In this document: positions 55,521-64,000 of the stretch, piece after piece | How positions within the stretch are numbered: position 1 is the first letter of the stretch | Layout: every line of letters begins with the position of its first letter | Source of the DNA: Methanotrichaceae archaeon | GTDB lineage: Archaea > Halobacteriota > Methanosarcinia > Methanotrichales > Methanotrichaceae | Assembly (NCBI GenBank): GCA_963748825.1 | Contig: CAVVKN010000012.1 | Span: forward strand, 1 to 64,000 | DNA length: 64,000 nucleotides | Direction of reading: 5' to 3' | Made by a program: the position numbers and the translations under genes | Notes under the pieces: generated by a model | The model's input: the letters and a program-made list of their open reading frames with translations, nothing else | Told to the model about the DNA's origin: nothing | Databases searched by the model: none

Positions 55521-56646
55521 TCACACTTCGTCCCTCTCAGTGATATCAATCAACTCAGTGAATTCATAGAGAGCGGATCGACTTCCTCGTCTTTCACGAG
55601 AAACAACAAGAATTCCGCTTTCTTTCATCTCTCGCAGTATCCTTTGAGCAGTCATTTTGTTTATCTCCGATTTCTTTATGAAATACGCGGAGTTGAATAT
55701 CGGCCTGGAGAATATGGCATCTATCGCTTGAATAGAGTGCTGGGAATGCGTAATCTCCGGCACCTGCTGCTTCATGCTGTTATACAGCGCCAGGATCGCC
55801 CTCGCTTTGTGGCTGTTCTCGTCAGCCTGCTCTACAAGTGCCTTGAGGAAGAACGATACCCAGCCGTTCCAATCTCCCTCGCCGGATATTGCCCTCAGCC
55901 GCTCGTAGTAAACGTCCCGGTTTCTCTCCAGATAGGCGCTGATGTAAAACATGGGACTGGAGAGAATCACCTTTGTGGTAGAGGATAAGCGGCACAAGCA
56001 TCCGCCCGATACGTCCGTTGCCATCCAGAAAGGGGTGGATCAGCTCAAACTGAGCCTTGAGGATGGCGAGTTGAACTAGCGCATCCTTTTCGTCGCTGTG
56101 CAGGTATTCTTCCCAGTTGGAGAGCGCATCCATAATCATGGGCGGGGTTGGGGGAACAAAGGTCGCCCGCTCAAGGGGAGTGCCAGGCGGGGCAATGTAA
56201 TTTTGGATGCGCCGAATCTCTCCTGGGTCCTTGTTTCTGCCTCTAACCCCTGTCAAAAGGATACGGTGAAGATCACGAATCGTGTTTATGCCAAAAGGCC
56301 GCTTTTTCATCTCCTCGACAGCGGCACCCATGGCCTTCCGGTAGTTGATTATCTCATGAATATCCCTGGTTTCCGGAGTATCTTTCCCGATTCCGTCTTC
56401 CGGAGGTTCTCCAACATCCGCCTCATACTGCAGGACGTCTTCCAAAGATGCTTGAGTGCCCTCGATCCGCGAAGACAGCACTGCCTCGCGGGTGGTGAGC
56501 GGAGAGAGAAGCACCTGGGGATTGACAATTCCGAGGAGGATTCCATCATATCTGGCAAGCGCTGCATTGGCTTTGCCGATAAGAGAAACATGCATCTCCC
56601 AGTCGATGGTCTGAAGAGGCAATCTATCAGGAATATACGGCTCCAT
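55521..56646 (-). CDS. Fic-domain protein with C-terminal wHTH, frameshift near 55975
   Basis: SSRIEG inhibitory motif, HPFLDGNGRIGR catalytic motif; C-terminal part lies in another frame. Confidence 0.88.
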
Positions 56647-56650
56647 TATC

Positions 56651-57181
56651 TCATGCTCGCTCGTTCAGGCTCCATATGTGATCATCTGCAATGAGGTTGG
56701 TGGGCAGCAAGTAGCTGTCTTCGCCGGACTCGGAGAACATGATTATCTTGTCGCCGGCACGCCTTCCGGGCAAGAGCAGTATCGCTCTCTTCTGGTCCGT
56801 GGACAGAGTGCGCAGAGGATTCAGGTCCACGTCATAGGCGAAGAGAAGTTCCAGGTTAGAAAGCACCACGAGACCGTTCTCCATGAGCTTTTGGCGCAAA
56901 AACTTCTCAAAGGCCCGGTAGATATGGGCTCGGGTAGGCTCGGGCTTCCTGGCCTCGCTCTCGACGAGCTTTTTGAACTCGTCGTCCGGGATAGCACTGA
57001 GTATTCCTTTGTTTACCGAAGTTGGGGCTGGGAAGGGCTGCCCGTCAGAGGTCTTCGCTTCCTGGAGACGGGATGCAAACCGCTCCAGGGCGCTGTAAGA
57101 ACCGACTATGCCATACAGGTGTCTTCCTACATCAACTGAGAGCTTGGCTATAATGGCCTCAGTAATTTCCGTATCCCTTAT
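56651..57181 (-). CDS. BrxF/BrxB-like protein; the frame is open well upstream of the listed ORF and the likely start reads ATA
   Basis: RHLYGIVGSY...SVNKGIL...VVLSNLELLF..D.DLNPLR.LS.....ILLLPG; GGGAGG about 10 nt upstream of ATA 57181. Confidence 0.6.
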   Translation of the reverse strand: MRDTEITEAIIAKLSVDVGRHLYGIVGSYSALERFASRLQEAKTSDGQPFPAPTSVNKGILSAIPDDEFKKLVESEARKPEPTRAHIYRAFEKFLRQKLMENGLVVLSNLELLFAYDVDLNPLRTLSTDQKRAILLLPGRRAGDKIIMFSESGEDSYLLPTNLIADDHIWSLNERA

Positions 57182-57268
57182 GCCTGCATCCCTCCCAACA
57201 GATCATTAATTCACTTCATGCATTGAAGTAATAAGTCCTTTAAGCTGCCTTCGGTCGGACAAAATATA

Positions 57269-58426
57269 TTATTGGATTATTCTTTCTTTTCCCAAGTATT
57301 CGACAAGTTCCTCTAGAGTGAACTTGGTAGTGAACTGCCTGAATCTGTCGATCTCTGAGACCTTTGCCAGGATGCCCCGATTCCTCAGTTCATATAGCCC
57401 AGCAAGCAGCTTATCTGGATTCCAGAGCATTGATTTTATAGCTTGATTCTGCTCCACATTTGATATCTCGTACATTCCAGGCTGTGGAAATTCGCTGTGG
57501 ATCACAAAGGCCAGGGAGGCTGTCAATGGATCGCGGTAGCCAAAACTGATTATCTTTCGGTCTGATCGAGCTAGGCCGCCAGCTACAAGAGAACTTACAA
57601 TGGCCTGGGCGGACAGATTGGTAACTTTGGCGGAGGGGTAACGTGCGGCCAGGTATTCTCTTATCTTCGATCGGTCTAGGCGGCCATAACCAACGGCCGG
57701 CATCAACATGTCATTAAAGATGGAGAGCATCAAGGGTTCGGCCTTGCAGAACCGGTAAAAGCAAGCATCTCGAAGCTCCTGGCGTCCCGAGTAAATCTTG
57801 GCAAAAGATCTCATCGCCTGATCCGCCTTGCCATCAGGAAACAGCCTGTTCACGATGTAGGGAACGTATCTATCTCTGGTGTTCTGGCCGCTGAAGGGCA
57901 GGTTCTCCTTGAGAAAAGCTCTTATTATGCCGATATCTTCCGTATCAGGCAGCCTGGGCAGAATCTCAATGGCTTCTTTTAGAACAGAATTGGTGAAAAG
58001 ATCGCTCTTACGCCTGGCAATATTTGCTTTGCGCAATTGCGTCTCTTTCTTCGATGGCAATATGGGCGTTTGATCTGACAACGGTTGAAACTTACTTAGG
58101 CTTTGTTGCGGCTTCTCAAAAACTTCTTTTTGTTGATCCTTGGTAGTTTCATTGGAGCGAAGATATCCTACGAGCTTTAGGAGCGTTGCGGTATATGATT
58201 TCACTCCCTTTACCCGGCATAGAGCATCAAAATCAGAGGACAAAACGCCATCCAGTCCTCCAAATTCTAAGATGAGCTTTTTAGCCAACGGCTCAGGATT
58301 TCCTCTGCTCAGAGCATAGCTTAAAAGCAGCTCAAGGAGTGCTTCATGCGTAAGTGCATTTGGCTCTCCTGAGACAAAATCGTCTCTCAGCTTTTGCCTT
58401 AGCCCGATCGCACTTTTCTCAGCCAT
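57269..58426 (-). CDS. Fusion of RadC/UPF0758 N-terminal helical domain and a BrxA-like domain
   Basis: G.RQKLR..F......ELLL.YA.......LAK.L...FGGL.GVL......L..VKGV...TA.LLKLV, then ENLPFSGQNTRDRYV.YIV.RL. Confidence 0.65.
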   Translation of the reverse strand: MAEKSAIGLRQKLRDDFVSGEPNALTHEALLELLLSYALSRGNPEPLAKKLILEFGGLDGVLSSDFDALCRVKGVKSYTATLLKLVGYLRSNETTKDQQKEVFEKPQQSLSKFQPLSDQTPILPSKKETQLRKANIARRKSDLFTNSVLKEAIEILPRLPDTEDIGIIRAFLKENLPFSGQNTRDRYVPYIVNRLFPDGKADQAMRSFAKIYSGRQELRDACFYRFCKAEPLMLSIFNDMLMPAVGYGRLDRSKIREYLAARYPSAKVTNLSAQAIVSSLVAGGLARSDRKIISFGYRDPLTASLAFVIHSEFPQPGMYEISNVEQNQAIKSMLWNPDKLLAGLYELRNRGILAKVSEIDRFRQFTTKFTLEELVEYLGKERIIQ

Positions 58427-58662
58427 CCGTCCCTCATTAAGGCCATTTAATGATAATCCAAATTAAATTTTTGGTCAAGACTGCATCCCATAATTCAATT
58501 TCATGTCCTCTTCAGGTATCTCTCATAGCTTTGCCTAATAGGTGCCCTGAATAATTTTTCTTATTTGTTAAAAAACCATAAATGAGGAATAAGCGGCTTG
58601 AAGAACACCATGTCCCATCCTCCTCTTTCGAAGAAGAATTTTGTAACGAAGAGTAGTCATAG

Positions 58663-59328
58663 CTACACCTTCCGCCCTCTTCTCACCCTCTTCCTCACAA
58701 TCAGGCATATCGACTGCACGGTGTTCCCAATGAAAAACCGCGGCGGCGTCCGCTTCCCAACGACGCGCGTCTGCCCGGCCCGGATGGCCTGCACCGCTTC
58801 CTCTGCGTCTGCCGCCTCGATCTCCGTGACCCCCAGCCCAACCGTGGCGGCAAAGTGCGAGTCGCTTCCCGCCACCATGGGCAGGTCTAGCTTCTTGGCG
58901 TTCCTCCGGGCCCGAGCGTTGGCTATGCCGAAGAGGTGCTTGGAGTTGTAGACCTCCACCGCATCGCAGTCCGGTATGCGCCCGATGGCGTGCCGGAAGG
59001 GATGGTAAGGATGGGGAACAATAGTGATGCCCCCCTGCTCGCGGGCCATCTCGGACGTTTCTTCAGGGCTCAACCCACGAGGCGGCAGCTTCTCTATTCC
59101 CAGGACGAGCAGGTGGCCCTCGGCGGTGGTGACCTCCGCTCCGGGGATGAGGATCAGGTCGAGCCTCTCTTCCCGGATGATCTTGAGGGCTTCTAGTGAG
59201 CCTTGCAGAGTGTCGTGATCAGTTATGGACAGACCGGCCAGTCCCCGGCGCACGGCGGCCCGCAGGATGGTTCTGACCTCATCGCGGCCGTCGGAACAGT
59301 TGGAATGCACATGCAGATCAAATTTCAT
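58663..59328 (-). CDS. PHP-domain metallohydrolase
   Basis: DLHVHS..SDG, ITDHD, G.EV, GH, PHP, GSDSH. Confidence 0.9.
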   Translation of the reverse strand: MKFDLHVHSNCSDGRDEVRTILRAAVRRGLAGLSITDHDTLQGSLEALKIIREERLDLILIPGAEVTTAEGHLLVLGIEKLPPRGLSPEETSEMAREQGGITIVPHPYHPFRHAIGRIPDCDAVEVYNSKHLFGIANARARRNAKKLDLPMVAGSDSHFAATVGLGVTEIEAADAEEAVQAIRAGQTRVVGKRTPPRFFIGNTVQSICLIVRKRVRRGRKV

Positions 59329-59364
59329 CTTCGCCTGGGCTCCATTTTACAAATTAGTTAGTCG

Positions 59365-59402
59365 CTCTGTGCGTTCTCTGTGAGCTCTGTGTCTCTGTGG
59401 TT
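59365..59402. repeat. Short CTCTGTG repeat cluster
   Basis: ctctgtgcgttctctgtgagctctgtgtctctgtggtt. Confidence 0.7.
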
Positions 59403-59438
59403 AGAGCGTCGTTAGCCGCTGGTTATAATCAAATTATT

Positions 59439-60686
59439 CTAAATCTCGGGCACGGCCAGATAGCCGCTCAGGGCCGAGGCCGCTGCTGTGGCAGGACTCG
59501 TCAGATAAACCAGTCCTCCTTTGCCCATCCTTCCCGGGAAGTTGCGATTGGATGTGGAGACGCAAACCTCGCCTTCCGCCAGGACGCCCATGTGCGCTCC
59601 CAGGCAGGGCCCGCATCCCGGCGGACCGATCATCGCTCCGGCTTCCACCAGCGTCTGGATGATGCCGCTTTGCAGTGCCTCCAGCAGAACCTCCCGCGAG
59701 GCGGGGATGACCAGGGTTCTGGCTTTGACCTGTTTTCCCTTCAAGATGCGGGCCGCCACAGACAGATCCTCCAGCCTTCCATTGGTGCAGGTGCCTATGA
59801 AGACCTGATCGACCTCCAGGCCATCCAGCTCCGAGACAGGCCGAACATTGTCGACCCGGTAGGGCACCGCAACCTGCGGTTCTAAATCAGTTATGTCGTA
59901 CTCGTATTCATAATCGTAGGAACCGGGATCGGAATGCACCGGAGTGTAAGGCTGGCGCGCCCGACCCTCAAGCCAAGCATCCGTCTTTTTGTCGGGCGGA
60001 ACTATTGTAGCCTTGGCCCCCATCTCCACGCCCAAATTGCACATCGTCATCCTTCCCGACATGCTCAGGGCCTCGATGGCAGGTCCGATGTACTCCACGG
60101 TTTTGTAGGTCGCCCCGTCAGCGCCCAGTTTGCCAATCACCATAAGAGCAATGTCCTTGGCGGAGACGTTGGACTTAAGCGAGCCGGAAACGCTCACGGC
60201 TATGGTCTCGGGCACCTTGAACCACAAACGCCCTCGGGAGTAGATCTCAGCCATATCCGTCGCCCCCACGCCTGTGCCGAAGGCCCCGAAGGCCCCGTAG
60301 GTGCAGGAATGCGAATCTGCTCCTACCAGCAATAGGCCGGGCAAGGCAAAGCCCTGCTCGGGAAAGACCTGATGACAGACTCCACTGCCGCAATCAAAGA
60401 GGCTCTTGATCTTCTGCTGTTTAGCCCAGGCCCGCACATCCCTTTGCAGCTCGGCTGCCGTCTCATTGTTGGCAGGAACGATATGATCGAAGGGTATGAC
60501 AATGCTTTCCGGATCCCATACCTTCTCCGATCCCATCTCCTGGAAGGCCTTGATGGCCAGGACACTTGTCCCGTCATGAGACATGGCATAATCCACGCCC
60601 GCCTCAACAATCTCCCCCGGCTCCACCATTTTAGTGGAACCGGAGGCCCGCGAAAAAATTTTTTGGCTTATCGTAGCAGTCGCCAT
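59439..60686 (-). CDS. Aconitase-family dehydratase large subunit (LeuC/HacA/DmdA type)
   Basis: [43 protein letters not shown]. Confidence 0.92.
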   Translation of the reverse strand: MATATISQKIFSRASGSTKMVEPGEIVEAGVDYAMSHDGTSVLAIKAFQEMGSEKVWDPESIVIPFDHIVPANNETAAELQRDVRAWAKQQKIKSLFDCGSGVCHQVFPEQGFALPGLLLVGADSHSCTYGAFGAFGTGVGATDMAEIYSRGRLWFKVPETIAVSVSGSLKSNVSAKDIALMVIGKLGADGATYKTVEYIGPAIEALSMSGRMTMCNLGVEMGAKATIVPPDKKTDAWLEGRARQPYTPVHSDPGSYDYEYEYDITDLEPQVAVPYRVDNVRPVSELDGLEVDQVFIGTCTNGRLEDLSVAARILKGKQVKARTLVIPASREVLLEALQSGIIQTLVEAGAMIGPPGCGPCLGAHMGVLAEGEVCVSTSNRNFPGRMGKGGLVYLTSPATAAASALSGYLAVPEI

Positions 60687-60730
60687 TCTCGCCCGCCTCA
60701 GGGCTTAAACGACGATTCTATCACTTAAGC

Positions 60731-62590
60731 TCAACGCTTGCATTTAATGTCCTCCGGAGAGGGCATCATGTAAGCGATATCATCCGATGGATGCCGGTAG
60801 AGCCTTGAACCCAGTCGCTTTTGATCCAGGATATGCCCGATCAGTCCGATGCTTCTGCCCAGGGCAAACAGCCCATTGAGATAGCCCAGACGCACCACTT
60901 CATTGATCTCCTCTTTGCTGAAATCTCCGCAGGAGGTCATCAGGTCTAAGAAGAGAATGCCGATGCATCCGTCCACGTTCAAGATCAGGTTCCCCTTCTT
61001 GGCTGTGGTAAGCTCCTCCACCTGCAGGGCGTAATTGAGAAGCTCCGTGTGGGGGAAGTTCGCTCGGGCGTAGCTTATGAGAAGTTGCACCCTTTTATCC
61101 GGGTTCTTGACGCTCTTGATCTTGTGGCCGATGCCCGGGATGTTGATGCCCTTCCTCTTCATGTCGCTGACAAACTGCTCGGGCGTCATAGCCATCTCTT
61201 TGGCGTGCTTGAATTCGCGAGCAGCATCGTCGATGGCTCCACCGAAGCGCGGGCCGATGGTCAAGAGGCCGCTGCATAGTGATGATATGAGGTCTTTTCC
61301 GGCGCAGGAGGCGACGATAGCGTTATGGGCCCCGGATACGGCCGGGCCATGGTCGGCCACGATCTGCAAGACAAGCTCAATGAATCCGGCTGCATAGTCG
61401 GGCAGCTCCTTCTTGAACCACAGCAGGCCGATGACACCACCAATGCCCATCTTCTCTTCCAGGACGGCAGAGAGCTTCTTGCCCGCGTAGAGCACCTCTT
61501 CCCCACTGTCATCTGAGACTGTGCAGATGAATGTGGTCGGCTTTCTGATGTCGCCGGAAGCGAGGGCTTTGCTATAATCGGCCGCGATCTTGGGCGCCTC
61601 GGGCTCCTCAAACGGAATAGCAATGCCCTTGGAGAGAAGCATCTCGTAGACCTGTCGCACCGTATCGCCATAGCCGTCGAATGATGTGGGAACGTAGGCG
61701 CCTGCCTCGCGAAAAGCATCATTCTTGGCCTGAGCCGTCTCCTTATGAGTATCGGCCTTGGCTCCGGCATGGCCGAACTGAACGCTGGCAGGAAGCACGG
61801 GCGAGCAGGTCCCCGTCACCCAGGCTACCAGCGGCTTTTTGATCTTGCCCTCTTTTAAGGCGGAAATGATCCTGTACTCGTCTTCACCGCCGAGTTCTCC
61901 AAGGCAGGCAATCATCTTGATGGCGGGATTCTCCTCATAGCGCAGGATGTGGTCGAGCATGGTCGAGCCTGGATAACGATCTCCTCCAATGGCCACGCCC
62001 TCGTAAATGCCGTCTGAGTTTCTGGAGATGATGTTAAAGGCCTCGTTGAGCATGCCTCCCGACTTGGAGACAAAGCCGACCGATCCCGGCCGGTAGAGCT
62101 TGGAGGCGATGATGTTCTCGATGGTTCCGGCGGTATTGCCGATGCGAAAAGCTCCTGCCGTCATTCCTCCCACAGTGGCCGGACCTAAGACGATCTTGCC
62201 CTGCTTTTTGGCGGTGGCGCTCATGATCCGCGACTTCCTCTCCGGCACGCCCTCGGCAATGACAGCCACAATGCGAATGCTCTCCTCGGCCAATGCCTCC
62301 ATGGTAGTCTCGAAGGCGGAACGGTGTGAGGCGAAGTTGACCATCACATCAGCTTCGGGATAGGCTTTGGCTGCCAGGGAGATGCTCCTGTACATGGGCA
62401 GGATGATCTCTTTGCTTCCCCAAAAGGCCTTGTGAATGCCGGCTCGACTGGGATTGATGATGGCAGAGATGCTGGGGCCGGGGCGTTTGCAGATGTAATC
62501 GAAGTCCAGCATGCGCTGAATGGCATTGGTCTGATAGCCGTAGACGAAGGCTTTCGTGTTTCTATCAAAGAGAACGTAATTCTTGCTCAT
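60731..62590 (-). CDS. aclA: ATP-citrate lyase alpha subunit
   Basis: GPATVGG, SKSGGM, QFGHAGA, ADHGPAVSGAHN, IGPRFGGA, GIGH, LILNVDG. Confidence 0.95.
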   Translation of the reverse strand: MSKNYVLFDRNTKAFVYGYQTNAIQRMLDFDYICKRPGPSISAIINPSRAGIHKAFWGSKEIILPMYRSISLAAKAYPEADVMVNFASHRSAFETTMEALAEESIRIVAVIAEGVPERKSRIMSATAKKQGKIVLGPATVGGMTAGAFRIGNTAGTIENIIASKLYRPGSVGFVSKSGGMLNEAFNIISRNSDGIYEGVAIGGDRYPGSTMLDHILRYEENPAIKMIACLGELGGEDEYRIISALKEGKIKKPLVAWVTGTCSPVLPASVQFGHAGAKADTHKETAQAKNDAFREAGAYVPTSFDGYGDTVRQVYEMLLSKGIAIPFEEPEAPKIAADYSKALASGDIRKPTTFICTVSDDSGEEVLYAGKKLSAVLEEKMGIGGVIGLLWFKKELPDYAAGFIELVLQIVADHGPAVSGAHNAIVASCAGKDLISSLCSGLLTIGPRFGGAIDDAAREFKHAKEMAMTPEQFVSDMKRKGINIPGIGHKIKSVKNPDKRVQLLISYARANFPHTELLNYALQVEELTTAKKGNLILNVDGCIGILFLDLMTSCGDFSKEEINEVVRLGYLNGLFALGRSIGLIGHILDQKRLGSRLYRHPSDDIAYMMPSPEDIKCKR

Positions 62591-63855
62591 TGAGATGCAC
62601 CCTCCAGGGCAAGGGGAACAATTCTGGTCATATGCGTCTCAGGTCCGTATACTTCAATGGGCACGCCTAGCCTTCTGCCTAAACTGCGCATGAGCTTCAG
62701 GCCCTGCTCATAATTTGGGCCCCCTCTCCTCACATAGATCTTAACGCCTGCTTCATGCAACTTTTCCTGGTACTCTTCCAAAGCCATGACCACGCCCTTG
62801 AAGGTCTTGGCCACATCAGTGAAGTTGGCAATAGCGCCTCCGATGAGCAGCATCTTTCCACGGGGGTCAATGTGACGCGTCATCAGGTCCAAAATGGTCT
62901 TGGTGTAGTAGTAAGTCTCCTCGGTATTGGGGTCGCCGCTGTATTCGCCGTAATTGGCCATCTCCTTGGCAAAACCCAGGTCGCAGATGGTATCGGCGTA
63001 GATCACGCTCGCCCCACCTCCGGCCACCATGGTCCAGACCCGTCCTTCCGGATTTAAAATGGTCAGCTTCAAAGAGGCTCCTGTCTTGGAATCGAGATCC
63101 TTGATGAAGAGCTCCTCCTTGGACAGGCTCCTGCCGAAGGGCTCGGGGAAAGCAAGACCTGACCATCTTTTCCTCTGCCAGTACTCCTCAGCATCATCAA
63201 GCTTGGCCACCATATCCAGGGGCACAATGGAGCCGTTATGGAAGGTAAAGGGATTGATCTCCAGGTAGGAAAAGCCCGTTTCTGCATAAAAGCGCCACAA
63301 AGCCTTGACGAAATTCTCAATTGCGGTGCTCTTTTCCCCAAGGCTCTTCGGCAACCCGGACTTTATGTCAACGCCATCCATTCCTGCCAGTACATCTACA
63401 TGAAAACGAACTACTTTGTCCCAATTCTCCTCAACAAAGACGCCGCCTTGCATGGAGATGAATATGTTGTCGCCATCACCATCAGAGCTGATGGCCACAT
63501 AAAGCTCCTCTTCGTGTGGTATGAAGGGTTCAATTAAGAAATGAGATAGCCTTCCAGTTATGCCTCCAACCGCTACCAATGCACCCATGTTCTCCTGAAG
63601 GTATTTCTTCGCCCGATCCCAATCTGCATCCAGAAGAACCAGCCCGTGCTTGCCCCTCTTTCCAAAGAGCTGATCCGGCTTGACGACAAGCCTGGCCGTC
63701 TTCAGCCAGGGATGAGTTGATGCCAGCTCCTCCAGATCGGTCTCTGGTCCCACAAGGGCGAGATCGCCTTTATAGGAGAATTCGTTGAGGTACTGGGGAA
63801 GGAATCCGGCCAGCAAACGCTTTGCATCGTATTCCCTAATGCCTCTCTGTGCCAT
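62587..63855 (-). CDS. aclB: ATP-citrate lyase beta subunit
   Basis: MAQRGIREYDAK, KPDQLFGKRGK, EINP, VAGGGASV, NYGEYSG, GGAIANFT, RRGGPNY. Confidence 0.95.
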   Translation of the reverse strand: MAQRGIREYDAKRLLAGFLPQYLNEFSYKGDLALVGPETDLEELASTHPWLKTARLVVKPDQLFGKRGKHGLVLLDADWDRAKKYLQENMGALVAVGGITGRLSHFLIEPFIPHEEELYVAISSDGDGDNIFISMQGGVFVEENWDKVVRFHVDVLAGMDGVDIKSGLPKSLGEKSTAIENFVKALWRFYAETGFSYLEINPFTFHNGSIVPLDMVAKLDDAEEYWQRKRWSGLAFPEPFGRSLSKEELFIKDLDSKTGASLKLTILNPEGRVWTMVAGGGASVIYADTICDLGFAKEMANYGEYSGDPNTEETYYYTKTILDLMTRHIDPRGKMLLIGGAIANFTDVAKTFKGVVMALEEYQEKLHEAGVKIYVRRGGPNYEQGLKLMRSLGRRLGVPIEVYGPETHMTRIVPLALEGASQ

Positions 63856-63966
63856 GTCCAAAACCACCTTCGCCGCCTTAATGATTTTCTTATTTACAAA
63901 CCTTTCTAAAGGAAAAAGCCAGAATATCTCTTGAATGGCGAAATACTCCTGGGAGACCGGCATACT

Positions 63967-64000
63967 ATGAAGTGTCCTGTTTGCGGAAAAGGCTGCATTC
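63967..64000 (+). CDS. Start of a Cys-rich protein, truncated by the window edge
   Basis: MKCPVCGKGCI, divergent from aclB. Confidence 0.45.
   Translation, partial: MKCPVCGKGCI

Overview
Archaeal chromosome window that looks Methanothrix/Methanosaeta-like (inferred from the archaeal shikimate kinase, CTP-dependent riboflavin kinase, PGF-CTERM protein, two-subunit ATP-citrate lyase and LVIVD/SdrD-B surface protein). Housekeeping genes flank two accessory blocks. (1) About 8.5-32 kb is a signalling/stress island: kaiC-kaiB-kaiB-PAS hybrid kinase, CheB/CheR plus a multi-PAS hybrid kinase, and several small stress-type proteins. It also encodes a double-winged-helix regulator fused to a histidine kinase that has lost its phospho-His and G2 box, and it carries a gap-free 38-bp motif directly upstream of TATA boxes at five sites (a candidate regulon). 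(2) About 41-58.5 kb is an atypical BREX-like defence locus: RadC-N/BrxA fusion, BrxF-like gene, Fic, PglXI-type methylase, an inverted ABC-ATPase+TOPRIM pair, a BrxC-like ATPase, PglZ, and BrxL with an intact Lon Ser-Lys dyad. Several genes carry frameshifts that may be sequencing errors. All family calls come from motif recognition by eye; no searches were run.
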